This document shows positions 23,406 to 37,000 of a stretch of DNA of 64,000 nt, in pieces. The notes beneath the pieces were generated by a model, which saw only the letters and a list, made by a program, of their open reading frames with translations, was not told where the DNA came from and made no database searches. The translations under genes were made by a program, and so were the position numbers. This DNA comes from Cladosporium halotolerans (Eukaryota). Positions within the stretch are counted from its first letter, which is position 1; every line of letters starts with the position of its first letter. The DNA lies in NCBI RefSeq assembly GCF_011745625.1, contig NW_027191457.1:868001-932000 (forward strand), given 5' to 3'.

Positions 23406-26027
23406 GCGGACGAGCTAGCTAGATGCAAGGAATCGAGACAGGTTGACCGACGTAGGTTGGACCGGCCACACGGCGAGCTCGACAGGTAGTACGAGCAATA
23501 TACTCAACAGCTTTGCTGCAAGAGGACTCGATTTCTAGCTCGTTCTTTGCCCAACTACTTATCTATGTTATCCGCGTAGTTACTGTTGGCCATGGTGCGT
23601 CTTGTGTGACAAGAGTGCAAAGTAAACGGTACCAGAAATCTCGTCGCGGCAACTCCGTAGCAACAATTAATGTACGGCGTTGCGCTCTGAGTAATTACGG
23701 TCTCGCATGGACAATGGAAACGTATCTGGCTGAATGCCGTGCAATTGACTGTTATTGTGATGAGGGCTGTAGTGCCCTTTTTCGGCTTTTTCTTGCTTTC
23801 AAACACATTCTAGGTTCCACAGGCAGGCTTTGCAAGTGCATTGAGAGGCGTGCCTCCGCGTACAGGTCTGCGACAACGTTCAGCAAGGCCTGAATATCCC
23901 TTAGGAGTGCATTTTCGCTTTGTCGAGCCCTACTCGACCGGTTATGAGTTCCGCAGACGTCGGCCTTGGCACTCACGTGACATTCGACCTCACTTCATCG
24001 GAGCCGGCGCCGAGGACTGCAATGACGTTCGTATCGCACGCCAAAGGTGAGCATTGCGGCGCAAGTTGCGCTCAAATCTTCCGTTGCATGCTCCCGGTAT
24101 CGCACAACAAAAGCGCCTGGTCCAATGAGCTGCCCTTCGGAGAAAACTCCTGTGCAGCTTAATTCGCTGTCAAGCTGCAAATTCGAGCTGATCTAAGCAA
24201 GATTCGCCCAGCATTTGCGCGATCGCCGCTTTTCACAGATCCCGCGGCTGTGACTTGCCGGCCAAGGTGAGGTGACAAGTACCAGCAGCTCGGGGTTATC
24301 TCCTCGCGCGTGAGAGCATGTCATTGGAGACTGACTTGCCAACCACGCACCGCAAGAATTCCGCAGCGACCAGGTATGTGAGACCGGTACGGAGTGGGGA
24401 GGCCAGGCGGCATCAATGCGGGCCTTGGCGAGAGTGCACAATCTCAAGCATCGCGCAGCGTGTAAATCGTCGTGCTTTCGTGTCTCAAACCGTCCAGGCG
24501 ATTTCACCAGCCAGCCAGATCCGTGGATGCGTACCGTCGCGAGACAGGTGTTCAGTCGCGCTTCGCTGCTGCAATTGCGATTCCGGCGGCTGCGCTTTCA
24601 TGACAGATGAATAAGCGCATGGATTGCTTGCGTGCGCTAGCGTACTGTAGTAGGTCGGCCTTGATCCAGTAGAGCGGCCGAAGCTGGGTATGTACTGGTA
24701 AGGCGCTTATCCGCAGGTGCTGTCACGACCAACCCGGCGCGCAACCATTGCGCAGCAACGCATAAGAGGCCATGAGGTTGGCGCAATCTAGAGGAAGAGG
24801 CGGAGATGGGACACACCAAAGGCGGATGGCGGAAGGCAGGCCGTTTCTGGGCACTCAGCGGGTCGCGCTCAGGGCAGAGGACGTGCAAGGAAGCGCGAGA
24901 CCCAGGGCCATGCCAGACTGTGGTGTGTTCGGGTGTCAGTCACGCCTGGCTCGTCAGCTCGAATGAGCAGGCATCCCATGCGGGCCAGAGAGGATGTATA
25001 TATGGTAGTTGCAGAGCAGGCACCTGATGTCGGCGGTGGTGCTACTCGGGGTCTCGCGAGGGCAGTTGTACGATCTGCGATGGAATGCCCGGTGATGCGC
25101 CCTGCGGTGTTCGCCTTGACTCTTGATCCGCAAACGACGATGACGGCGTTGAGCTGTTGAGCCGATCCACATTGCGTTTCCCTGTTCCGTAAACAGCCTA
25201 GACTGTCCCGAGGGCTGAAGGCTCGTCCTGTGTGTTGCCATGCTGGCCTTGGAGATAAGTCCGCACGTCGCTATCTGGTGAAGTTGCAAACGTGCGGCCC
25301 ACAGGGAGGAGAAACGATTTTCGGGCGTACAGTATTCTAGACCCGCACGATGTCACCTGATGAACCCTCCCCTTTAGAGTCTGAGCCCCCAGATTTTACC
25401 CACGCAATTTTGACGTCTTCGAGGACTCCCTGCTTGGATCCAGGCTGTCGGTCACTGCACGTCTACCCGCTTCGCCAGAAAAGTAGTGCGTTGCGCCGTG
25501 GTCAAGCGTGCCGGTTGGCCTGTCACTTTGTCTCTCCATCGCCTCCGTCTTTCGACACTGCGAAGCCTCACCCACGGCAGCCGCTCCCTCTGCCTCATGG
25601 CTGTCGGACAGCCCAGCCGCGACCAACTCTATCTCATTTCCAGGCTGCGGCACTACCGTGACACCACCCGCCAACTCGAGAGGCGCAAATAGCACTGCGC
25701 CCAACCCATCACGGCCAAGACCCGACGCGCCACCACCAACCTTTGCGCGCTGTTCTACCGGTCAACAACTAACGGCACCTGGCGCCGCACACGACTTGCG
25801 CTGGGAGGGAAGAGGGCAGTCTTCTTCCCCGGAGGCGACTGCTGGCAAGGTCGTCGCCGGTCATCTGCCAAAGCGTTGATTCACGGGAAAGCGGGGCTTT
25901 GACCGTACCTGACGGGAGACGATGGTCGGCAACCGAAAATCGCCATCTAATTTACCTAGTTGCTGAGATCAGCGTTTCACGCGCGCTTGTTGGCGTCGTG
26001 CCTCTAGTGGAGCGGTAGAGGGAGCTA

Positions 26028-28261
26028 ATGGCGAACGAGGAACGACGCGGACCAAGGCGGCTTGCACCGAAGCTTCCTCCAGTTCCATCGTCGACTTCGA
26101 GCTCTTACACGCTCGAGAACCGCTCGCAATCGCAATCGCAGGATCTCCAGAATCTAGGTCCCCCTAAGCCTAAGCGTGCGCAAGTTAGAGCCGCGTGCGT
26201 GGCGTGCCAACGCGGCAAGGCCAAGGTGAGCCCAACCCACACGCACATGCCAGAATTGGCAGATGTGTCACACTCACGCAGACATGTCACTAACGGGAGG
26301 CGAATAGTGCGATGGCGTGCGGCCTTGCTGTAGCCGCTGTGCAAGGAGGGGCCATGTGTGTGAATACGATGTCGAACCCGACACTTCGCGGTCGATATCG
26401 ATGAAAAGAAAGAACGAATCTCTCCAGGGCGAGCTTGATCAACTCCGGCAACTCCTGGAATATATCCGCACCCGGTCCGAAGTCGAATCCATGGAAATCT
26501 ATCGGCGGGTCCGAGTAGCCGTTGATCCGTTGGACGTCGTAGAACTCTTGAGGGGTGGTGACCTGCTATTGCAGCACGGTGTTCCGGATGGCTCGGCTGG
26601 AAGCGAGGCTCCAGCCTCTGGTCTGGGGAACCTGGACATCAGCGCGATGGATAACAGCTCCATCAAAGTGCGTGCTCGGCCTTGGACAAAACTGGCCGGC
26701 GACGGACTGGTGTCTGAGCTCGTGTCTTCTTTCTTTGCGTACGACAATGGCTTCTACCTGGCTTTTGTTGACCAAGAATGCTTTCTTGATGATATGCAAT
26801 CAGGCGACATCGAGAATTCCGAGTTTTGTTCTCCACTGCTCGTGCACGCAATATGCGCCCTTCGATGCGTAAGAAAACTCAACCGCACCATTCAATCCTT
26901 ACTAACACTCCTCTAGTCGACTTCTGAAAGAGCCAGACTTTTCGGTTCTCTCCAGGGCTTTGATCTCCGGGAGCGATTCTTGAACGAAGCGAGACGCCTT
27001 CTCGACAAGTCGTGTGGCCGACGGTCTTTGCCTACAGTGCAGGCACTCCTGATTCTCTATACCTGCTGTACTGGGCAGGGGCGGGACAGAGGTGGCCTGC
27101 AGTATCGCCTTGTGGCATATGAAATGCTGAAGCGGCTACAAGTGAGGTTAGAGGCGAGGTACTCGCGACCGGGGATAGCGGACGAGGCGGGCCGGCATAA
27201 GTATCAGAAGGGAATTTCCAGAGCTCTCTGGGGAATCTTTTGCTTTGAAAGGTACTATCACCCTCCTTTCGTCTTGCCAATAGACGTCGGGCTAACCGAT
27301 GCGCCACTCACAGCATATCTGCGTCCGCATACCTGCAGCCATCTATGGTCCGAGCGCCGACAGTCCCAAGACGATTCGCTGACAACGGGAGCATCGATCC
27401 GGCGGTCACGGGCAACAGGGCCTCGCAGCCGGAGCCTCAGTTGTCGGCATACGTTTTGAATGCCACTTGCGACTTGTCGGAACGTTTGTATGAAGCGATG
27501 ACAGAATATGGCACTAACGGAGTGGATTCGAGAGTCAGACTCTACCACGAACTGCGCCAGTGGGCCAGCAGCATGCCATCGCTGATACGGGCAGACACGA
27601 ACTTCTGCCCGGAGACAAGCCTGCTCAGGTGAGTAATTTCCAGGGCCGGACTCGCACCTACCTTGCCAAACACATGGGACTATTTCTGACAGTAACCAGC
27701 ACATATGAGGACATGTTGGTGTTGAATCTCTTTCGCCCACTTGATCCTAGCCAGCGCCTCCCTGACGATCTTGGCACCTCCGGCCTTATCTGTTTACACC
27801 ACTGCAAACGCACCTTGGAGACCTCTGAGAGGTATTGGGAGGCGTGGCCCGCGGATGATTACTCGATCATGAACCTATACCCACTGTACCATGTAGCCAT
27901 CACGCTGCTGCACATGCTACACGACGATCAGAGCCATGATCTGTTCGAGAGGGTTTGCGCCCTGCTTGCGCGTTACGCAGATGATTTCCCGCTCGCTCGG
28001 TACATCCTGCAAGCGCTCAAGACCATAGCCGTGCGCCTGCGCCTGCCCCTGCCACTGGGCGTGGCGGAGAGCTTCCGCAACGTGAATCTGTCCGCTTCCG
28101 AACTAGCCGACGTGCCCGCGGCGTTCGTCTTGCCGGCACACACGGAAATGTGGGATGTGATTTTCGAAGAAAGGGTGGGAGGTGAGGACCCAGGGGTCCC
28201 GGGTGTGGAGATGGGGGAGCTTTTAAGCCAGTGGACGGATCTTGAGCAGCTCTCCAGCTAG
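26028..28261 (+). CDS. Zn(II)2Cys6 transcription factor with fungal-specific middle homology region; four introns
   Basis: ACVACQRGKAK|CDGVRPCCSRCARRGHVC across intron 26226-26307. Also ARPWT, FCSPLLVHAICA, SLPTVQALLIL. Confidence 0.9.
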
Positions 28262-28626
28262 TTTGGGGCTTTTGGGTGGGGATGAGGTAAGGATACCGTC
28301 ATGCGGACAGCCGAGCTGAGTGGTTGGTCGTTTAGTTGATGACTCGAGAAGCTGATATGCCTAAACGCTTGAACGGCAATGGGTTCGTGAAACGGGTTTA
28401 GCCCTGTCCTGAAAAAGGAAACATTCTTTGCAGCCCAACGCACCCAAGCAAGGGGCGAGCTTATTGTGGAACCGCTGAAGTTCAATCGATTCTTCTGTTG
28501 CAGCTAGCCTGGAGTAAAAAAGTCCAGATGTGTGTAAATCGCGATGCCTGACAACAGCAAATTCCCCAAAGTTGAACCCTTATACTCTCTTATGGTTTCA
28601 TGCAGCAGGTCTATCACGGACTCAGC

Positions 28627-29741
28627 TCATTTCAAGAAGCTTCCGCCTGTCTTCGCCAGTATATCGTCGTAGTATGGCTGGAACGCTAACCAGCCTTTCC
28701 CCGGCGTGCCGACCTGCTCATAGCTGAATCTTGCTTCATCTTCAGCGATGAACGTTTTCTTGTGCCCGCTGCCCTTCTCTGCAGCATCGACGAGCAGTTG
28801 AGCGTGGCCTAATGCAGTGTCAGCATGGACAACAAGGTGATGGCTTACGGAGAAAAAAGGATCACGGAGAAAAAAGGATCACTCACAAGTCTTATCAAGC
28901 GAAATAAACCAGAACGCGGCAGCATCGATGGTCTCGCCAGCCTGAGGCGGTCAGCATTCCAAGGTCTTCTCATCAATGAAATCATAGGCCCGGGAGAAGG
29001 CATACAGTGATCAAGCCATGGTTTTGCAAGATCGCAGCTTTTCCGTCTCCAAGACACTCTGCAATCTTCTTGCCCTCTTCACGATCTAGGACGACCCCGC
29101 CGAAGTTGGGATACACCGCATGGCTCTTGTAGAATCGCAGACTGTCTTGGGTGATCATGTCAAGTTCGCGACCAAAGACTGAAAATGCCTTGCCGTAGAC
29201 GCTGGACAGTCGTCAATCGACAAGAACGTTAAATTGGTCAGGTACCACAACTGACCTGTGAGCGTGGCATGCAGCATGCACATCTGGTCTCGCTTTGTGA
29301 ATCTCGGAATGGATGGCGAAGGCTGCGGCGTTGATGGGCTCATCACCAATGACGACCTGGCCTTCTTCATTCACAAGAATCAGATCGCTCACGCTGATGA
29401 GTGAGAAGTGTTTCGATAGCGGGTTCAACCCTACCGCGGTCTAATCAGAAACCTTCACACAGGGTCGTCAAACATTCACGAATCAACATACAGAAGTGGT
29501 CTGTTAGAATTGGGTCTCTGACACTGATGTGTCCCGCGACGCCCTCGTCAAATCCCCGTTCGGCAAAGATCCTATAAGCGGCGGCGAGGTGCTGCTTGCG
29601 GTACAGGCGCTCCTCTTCGAGAGAATCAAACTTCGGATAAGAGCGAACCTTGAGTGGTTTGCCGGATGTGGTCTTGCCCAAGGCTCCAACAGAAGCGTTG
29701 CCAGAGGACTCAGAAGTAAGTGTGGTTGCTACTGGGGCCAT
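28627..29741 (-). CDS. Class II aldolase/adducin family protein; four introns
   Basis: FDEGVAGHISVRDP, INAAAFAIHSEIHKARPDVHAACHAHS, AILQNHGLIT. Last exon ends GGSFLK*. Confidence 0.92.
28847..28882. repeat. Perfect 17-nt tandem duplication inside the last aldolase intron
   Basis: ACGGAGAAAAAAGGATC twice, plus AC. Confidence 0.9.
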
Positions 29742-30187
29742 GGTCACAGCTTCGAGCAAAAAATCTTGGGCGTGGGATACAAATTATTCCGATTACGGCA
29801 ATGCCAATAGAAACTCAGATGTCAATTATGGGCTTCGTTCGCGAGGATACAGGCTATCTCTGAAGTCGAGGTGGTTATCACTGTGTCCGAGAGGCCGAAG
29901 TCGCCACTGTCCCCGCAAGCTACATGTGGGGCCCTTGAGAAGCTGTTCGCTCAAGGTAGATGCGCCGCTCTTCTTTTGTCCGACGCCTATCTCGCAGCCC
30001 GATAGAGACCTGTGCAAGACGTACTTTTGATCACCGTAATCCAATTTCAAGGGACAGCAAATTTAGGGCATTGAGACCTATCAGGATCCTTCCTTGCACC
30101 ACGCGACTCTGCTTGGACGGCACAACAGTCCTCGCAAAAGCAATTCACGAGAACACTGTGCTTTTACGGAGGCATTAATAATGCAGC

Positions 30188-32134
30188 TCATCGTGCCTTA
30201 GTGTATCTGCCTTGCCTCATCTCCGCCTGCAAACTTTCTTGCTGACTCGGCAAAGGTGCACGTCTCCTTCCACCACCGCCGCTCTCTTGTGTTGGGTTCG
30301 GATTCGCCGGCGGCTGCTGACCCATACCAGGTAACGGTGGGAAGCCAGGCGGAGGAACGAACCCTTGGGGCGGAGGCGGCATACCGGGCGGCAGACCAGG
30401 CATGGGGGGGAATCCCTGCGGAGGCGGTGGCAATTGACCGCCGAACATTTCTTTGAGCTTTTCGAAGTCCACTGGCGGTTGGCCCGCCGGAGGTGCGCCT
30501 GGAAAGCCAGGGAACGAAGGCTGTTGATTTGGCATATCCGCAGGCTGTGCACCACCCATGCTCGTGCCATCAGGGGGGAACGATGGCATGCCAATACCTG
30601 GCAATCCGGGAAGGAAAGATTTCGCGGGCATATTCTGATCCGGCAACGCGTCCGCTTCGTCTTCTGCCTCTGCTTCCTCCTCTTCGCGGGCCCTCGCGGC
30701 TTCAGACTTTTTCCACGTTCCTTGTGCCTCTGCCGCCGACTGCCCGATGTGCCATCGGTCATTGACATAACTCGATTCACCTGGTCGAGGTCTTGTCCAG
30801 AACCGAGTCACTTTGTCATTTGCGCCAGACGCAAGAATGTGTCCTAGAGGGTGCCAGTCCATGCTCCAGATGGAGAAGTCGTGCGCATATGGAGTCGTAT
30901 GTGCTGGGTAAAGTGCTTGTGCAGGAGCCTCTGAGGGGTTGGGAGAGTCATAAGGTGACAGCGTGCTTGCCGTTCCTTGTGGTGCGTTTTGCTCGTCCAA
31001 TAGATAGTGGTCCATTGAACCTTCTCCGCCACCCGTAGTGAGCAAGGATGAATGTATGGGATGCCATGTAAGTGATGTGATCTCTTTATCGCGGCCTTTG
31101 AGTAAGAAGACATCTCTCATCATCCGAATGTCGAAGACTCGAGCCACAGGATCGCGAGCACATGAAGCGAGTAGTACTCCATTTGATGGCTCGAACTTTG
31201 TCATTGCGACTGTATTCTTGTGTCCATGAAGAGTGGTGAGACAGCGCCCAGTCCTCGGATCCCAAAGCTTGACCTGGTGGTCCTTTGAGCCTGAAACCAA
31301 GAGTCCTTTGCTGGGATGCCAGTCTACACACTTCGCATCCCATTGATGTCCTGTGAGAGTCGTTTCTTCAAGCCCACCAGCGAAGTCGAAAATCTTGAGC
31401 GAGGCGTCATCACATGCCGTTACAAATTTGGTGTCGGTAGGTGCAAAAGCGAGATCTCGAATCGGATCTGCGTGCGCTTGGATACCTTTCACGTTGTTAA
31501 AGTTGGTCTGCCAGTACTTGACAACGCCGTCGTGATCTCCTGAAATGAGCCATTCATTGTTGTGTGAGTAGGTGGCGGCTCTGACCGCGCAATCGTGTGC
31601 TTGCATGATAGTTTCAAAGTTGAAACCAGTACCATTCCATAGCGTAAACTCGCCACTGGTACTACCAGTGAGGAGACGTCGCCCTTCGGGTGTCCATTTC
31701 ACAATGTTGACGGGGTGTTTGACCTTGTTCAAAGACGAGTGCAGGTGTCGAGCAGGAATTGAATCAACCGGGCGACCTCTCCTAGCGGCGGGAGGTAGCA
31801 TCTATGCTTCGGTCAGCATACAGCAAAGGCCATGATTTCTAGCGATATTTCGTACATCGAGTACATAGCTTAGACTGTGACGCTCTGCTTCGAAGCCCCT
31901 CACGCCCTGATACTGTGGCCTTCTGTTTTCGAGATAGCGGACATACGTGGTACCGATATCTGTGGCATTCCCTGATGCAAAATATCGTCAGTAAAATAAT
32001 CCAAGCTGCATGTCCGTGCCCAAACATCAATTAGGCACAAAAACGTTTAAGCAAACAGGCTCACTTCTGCTCGGTCGTCCTCTCACTCTGCCCGGTTCGA
32101 AGCCACTATGCTCCTGTTGGAAACCGCCATCCAT
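30188..32134 (-). CDS. PFS2: Polyadenylation factor subunit 2 (Pfs2/WDR33); two 5' introns
   Basis: [52 protein letters not shown] repeats, RFWTRPRPG, Pro-rich tail. Confidence 0.95.
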
Positions 32135-32619
32135 GGCGACAATCGATAATTATTGTTAAGAAATGATGATCGCAGGCACCAGACCGCACACGCGGCACCG
32201 TGAAGAGCCTAATTCAGGGACACTCCTTGAGGGTGGGTTTCCACTGCGGAAATCGGAGGGCTATCGATTTTCGCAACTCCAGCACAGACAAAATTGATTC
32301 GTGTAGAGCGGTGCTTCCCAGATTCGTCCTGGAAAGGGGGTGTGGCAATGATTGAAGCTTGATGGTATTCTTACAAGGCAGTGCCGCATTATCCAGACGC
32401 GGTCTCGCGTTGCACGCGGAATGGCATTGCGATGCGCGGGCCGAGCCGCTGGGCAAGAGCGAACGCTGAGGCCGAAAGGCCGTCACTCGTTACGCAGCAT
32501 CAGCTCATGGTTACCTACACAGTTGCAGCCAGGCAGTCTCCAGTATATTTCTGCTCGCTGTTCGCAATCGACGGCATCTTGATACCCCCAAACACGGTGA
32601 GAGTTCCAACATCAACTAC

Positions 32620-33779
32620 ATGCTTGCGCGTGCTCTTCCCTTCTCCATGTCTTTCGTGACGCGAGGCCTCACGCGGCCTCACCTTGTGTCTCCAACCCAG
32701 CGAGCGAGCACAAAGGTCCCTCGCCAGCCAGCACTCCGCACATTCACATCGAACACCACAAGACCGCGAACAGGAGTGCGGCCATTCTGGAGTAACCTGC
32801 GACAAGGACAAAAGCAGCAACGAGGGTACCGTCAACCGTTCAACTACAACCGATTCCGGGCGACACGCAGCGGTTTTCGCAAATGGGCATCACACCCGCA
32901 CTTCTACTACCATGTGGCAGGAATCGGTGGTTTTGTAGGGGGAGTATACGTATACAACCTGGAAGAAGTGCCCGTGTCACATAGGCGCCGCTTCAACATC
33001 GTCTCACCCGAGACTGAAGCAAAGACGGGCCAAATGATGTATGAGCAGACACTGCAAGAGTATGGACGCCAGATACTTCCGGCAAGCCACCCCAAATCTC
33101 GCATGGTCCAGCGCGTCCTTAATCGCCTGATTCCGCACTCAGGCCTTGAGAGTGAGAAGTGGGAGGTGCACGTCATCAACGACGATATGAAAAATGCCTT
33201 CGTTATACCTGGCGGGAAAGTGTTCGTTTTCAGCGGCATTCTGGACGTGTGCCAGGGCGACGACGGGCTGGCTGCGGTCCTTGGTCACGAGATTGCGCAC
33301 AATGTCGCTCACCACGCTGCGGAGCGCATGTCGCAGTCCAATTTCCTACTTGCCTTCGCAGTAATCGGTTCCCTTTTGTTGGGCATCGATGCGGGCTTCG
33401 GTAACCTCTTCGTGGACTACGCTTTCATGCGCCCTGGCTCGAGAGCGCAAGAATCAGAGGCAGACTACATTGGGCTCTTGATGATGGCGGAAAGTTGCTA
33501 CAACCCAGAGGCCGCGATGGAGCTTTGGGCACGCATGGAAAAGGAGGAGCAGGGCGCGCCACCTCAGTTTCTCAGCACGCACCCCAGCAACCACAACAGG
33601 CTAGAGAAGATCAGGGAGTGGCTCCCGGAAGCAGACATGAAACGAGAAGAAGGTGATTGCGGCGGAGTTGGAGGCTACGGTACGTGTTTCTGAATCGTTG
33701 CAAGTGGGCTATCGTTCCTTAACTGACTGCTCCGACAGCCAGCGACTTTAGGTCAGCTTTTCAGCGCTCTCGCTGGTAG
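32620..33779 (+). CDS. OMA1: Mitochondrial metalloendopeptidase Oma1 (M48); terminal intron ~33680-33738
   Basis: Arg/Ser-rich presequence, EEVPVSHRRRF, NAFVIPGGKVFVFSGIL, GHEIAH (HEXXH), QESEADYIG, FLSTHPS. Confidence 0.93.
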
Positions 33780-34051
33780 ACATGGAGTCTTTGCCGTCCA
33801 CCCATGGCATTAAACAGGCGTTCGAGCGACTGATATTCCTCTCCAATGTATCATGACTCCCTTGCCATGCAGAATTGTTTCTGTCCTCGCAGCAAGTGCG
33901 AGAGTGCTAGTATATCACAGAACAAACTTCATCAATACATCTTTCTGCTAAAGAAACCGTTTCGTACGTTAAGCCGAGGATCATCGCATCCCTTCGTGTG
34001 CCGAACCCGCGACCGTCCAGCCCCCTGAATTGTATGTATAATCACCCTCGA

Positions 34052-37000
34052 TCATCCGATGATACCAGAGGTCATCCAGAGCTGCACCTCATCTTGAATC
34101 GTCTTTTGCACCACCGGATCCATGTCCTCGTCATCGACCACAGTCTCAATCTGCTTGCGCTGCACGTCGGCCAGTCTGCGCGCAACTTCAGAGGCTTCGT
34201 TGAGGCTTACCAACCTCCGTTTGTCATTGCCTGCTGCAGTGAGACGGGCCATGGTATCGTCGAAGAGCTCCGTGAACACTTCAAGAAGGTAGTGAGCGTG
34301 ATCGTAGCGCCCATGGCTGCTGGCATCACGGCCGCCTTGCACAAAAGCCTGTGCTGGCGCGTCAGTGATCGAGGGATACTCCTGAGCAAACAGGCCAAGT
34401 TTGAACCTGAAGGTTGCGTGCTGTTCGAAGGCCGTTGCGAGTGGTTTGGAGCATGCATAGGCGATTCTGGCGTCCTCGACCATCTCCAGCGGCGTTCTGC
34501 CCATCGCGTTTTCTCTGTTCACGAGGTCGGGTCGATATTCCAGCATGATTCCGGCAAGGTCGGGGAACCAAGGCGCATCCGGATCCCGTGACGATACGCC
34601 CATGCGCACCAATACGTGAAGCGGGGTGTTGCCTTCTCCATTGAACATTCCCAGCTCTGAGCCTTCGCTATATTCCAGGATAAGGCGAAGCATCTCGCAA
34701 TTTTGGCGACCTTTTACGATGCCGAAGGATACCCATAGTGCCAGAGGTGTCAGAGCACCGGGGTGAGCTGAGCATCTCTGGGTCCACATTTCGGGCAACA
34801 GACGCTTGTCGACGATATCGAACAATGCGCGCACTTGCGCGACCCCTTCATCGGCTGGAGCCTTCCACAAGATCTGGTGCAAGAGGTTCAAGCCCTGCTT
34901 GTCGCGAGCGGTCTGATCGGCGCCAGCATCGATCAGGATCTTAGCTGCATCGATGCGGTGCAGCCGGAAAGCGATCAAAAGCGGCGTGAATCCATCCGAT
35001 GATTTTGCCTCCAGGGCATCGGGCATGGCGTCCACAAGATACTTGAGTATCTTTAGCGAGTTTGCGGTCTGCTCGCCGATGATGCAGCAGTGGATTGCTA
35101 GATGCGAGCGATCACTCAAGAATGTCTTGACTGCACGGTCAAAGCCGCCCTCTGACCTTGATAGTGCTTGGATTCTCTTGTCGTCCTGATGGTCTGAAGC
35201 GAACTGCTTGTAACAGCGTAGAGGGGCGTCGCTCAAAAGCCACTCAACGCTTTCGAGAGAGCCATGCTTTGCTGCCAGAAGCAGCGGTGGGGTCTGCAGC
35301 TCCGGTCCATCGTACCTGTGTCCGTATCGACCGGCATCCGCCCAGGCTTTCCTCTTCTTGCCTCTCACATTCAACCCTTGATAGTACCTTGGCTTTTCTG
35401 CAACATCTTCAACGCCGCTCATGTGTGCGAGCTCGTCCAAAGGAATGCCAGCACCTGTATGCTGCAAAAACTCGGCAAGAACGTGGGAATGGCTCCACTG
35501 GAAGGCTCGCGAGAGGGTAGATTTACTCACGGCGTGCCTGACTGAGTCTTCCGGTTCATTTGCAGCTTTTGCCTTGGACTTGACTGGATACTCCTTTCGC
35601 AAGGCCAGAATGTAGTTCAGCAGACTCAGGTCGTTCCGGGCCAGGCTCAGCTCGATTAGGTCACCAGGGCTCGATTCTCGCTTGCCCTCGGACGGCGCCG
35701 TCTTCTCACGATCTTTGATATCATTCGGACATTTCCAGGACAGCATGGTAGCTGGATCGACAGGGCTCTTGACCAGAAGTGACACGTTGCCGATATCTTC
35801 GATGGTGGCCTGATCGTGGATGATCTCGGAACTCAGCGCGACTCCAGTGCCATCTTCTTCTTCGTCGACATCCATATCATCAGACTCTGTGTCGCTGGCG
35901 ATATGGTACTGACGTTGCTTAGGCGCATCAGGAGGTGTATACTGCGCCTGAGCGATCTTCACAATTGCCGTGGCAAGCTCGAGGTGCCCACGGAAGACCG
36001 CGAGTGTAAACGGCGAGTCAAGGCTTTTGTCCATCACTGCGATCTGCAGTGGCGGGCGTGTCTCGCCTACCGCGTCTTGCCACGACGTGAGCGTAAGTTC
36101 GTTCACGGTCTTGGTATCGCCAGCCCATGCAGCCTCAAATAAGCGTATGTATCTCTCGCGAACCTCTTCGTCCGGAATGGAAATGTGGAAATCGAACTTG
36201 ACTTCGAATGGCCTCTCTTCCGCGTTTCGATCATGTCCGTATCGATTGTTGCGTGAATCATCGACTTCAACGTTCGGATGAAGCTCGCGCAAGGTTTTGG
36301 CTGACCGTGCTTCCAGGAATGCTTCGAGCTTCCGAAACTCGTCGATCATGGCGGAGATGGCTTCCTTCTTCTCTCCTGCCCCGACTTCTGGATTTGCCTC
36401 GTGGTTGTAACTATTCTGCCCGAACCGGCGCTTTTCTCTTGCCCACTGGACCCGCGACGCAGCAAAATGATATTGATAGGACCCGGCCTCGTACTTGGAG
36501 AGGTAGACAGAATCCTCCAAAACGGGTGGCGGAAGATAGGTTGTTCCATTGTCGGGTTTCCACGATGACAAGCTCTGTATCTTCTCCTTCACAAGGTCGA
36601 GGAGAGATCGAGTATCCCAGCGAGAATACCACGAGACTCCGTGCGCGGCTTTGTAGCCCTCTGGTGTCAGAGTGTTGCAATCAATGCCGAATTCCTCCAC
36701 TAGGGCGCGAGTAAGCACCGGCATCTCGGCGTGGACAGCGGAGATGACTGGCTGTTGGACTCTCTCCTCGAAATGAGCCTTGTCAACATGGGTGTCCACT
36801 GCCTTGAGATACGCTTCGAAAGGGACATGAGCCTTCGCTCCGGCGCGGAGCAGGCGAAGAGCAGTCTCTGTGTCTCTTGTGTCAATCGCTGTGAGCAGGG
36901 GTGCAGAAATGGCGACCCGCCAGCTATTTCCTGAGGCAGAAACGTTCTTGATCGCGCGGCTGACACCTGTCGGATCGGAGGCGAAGTATGTGTTGAGCAA

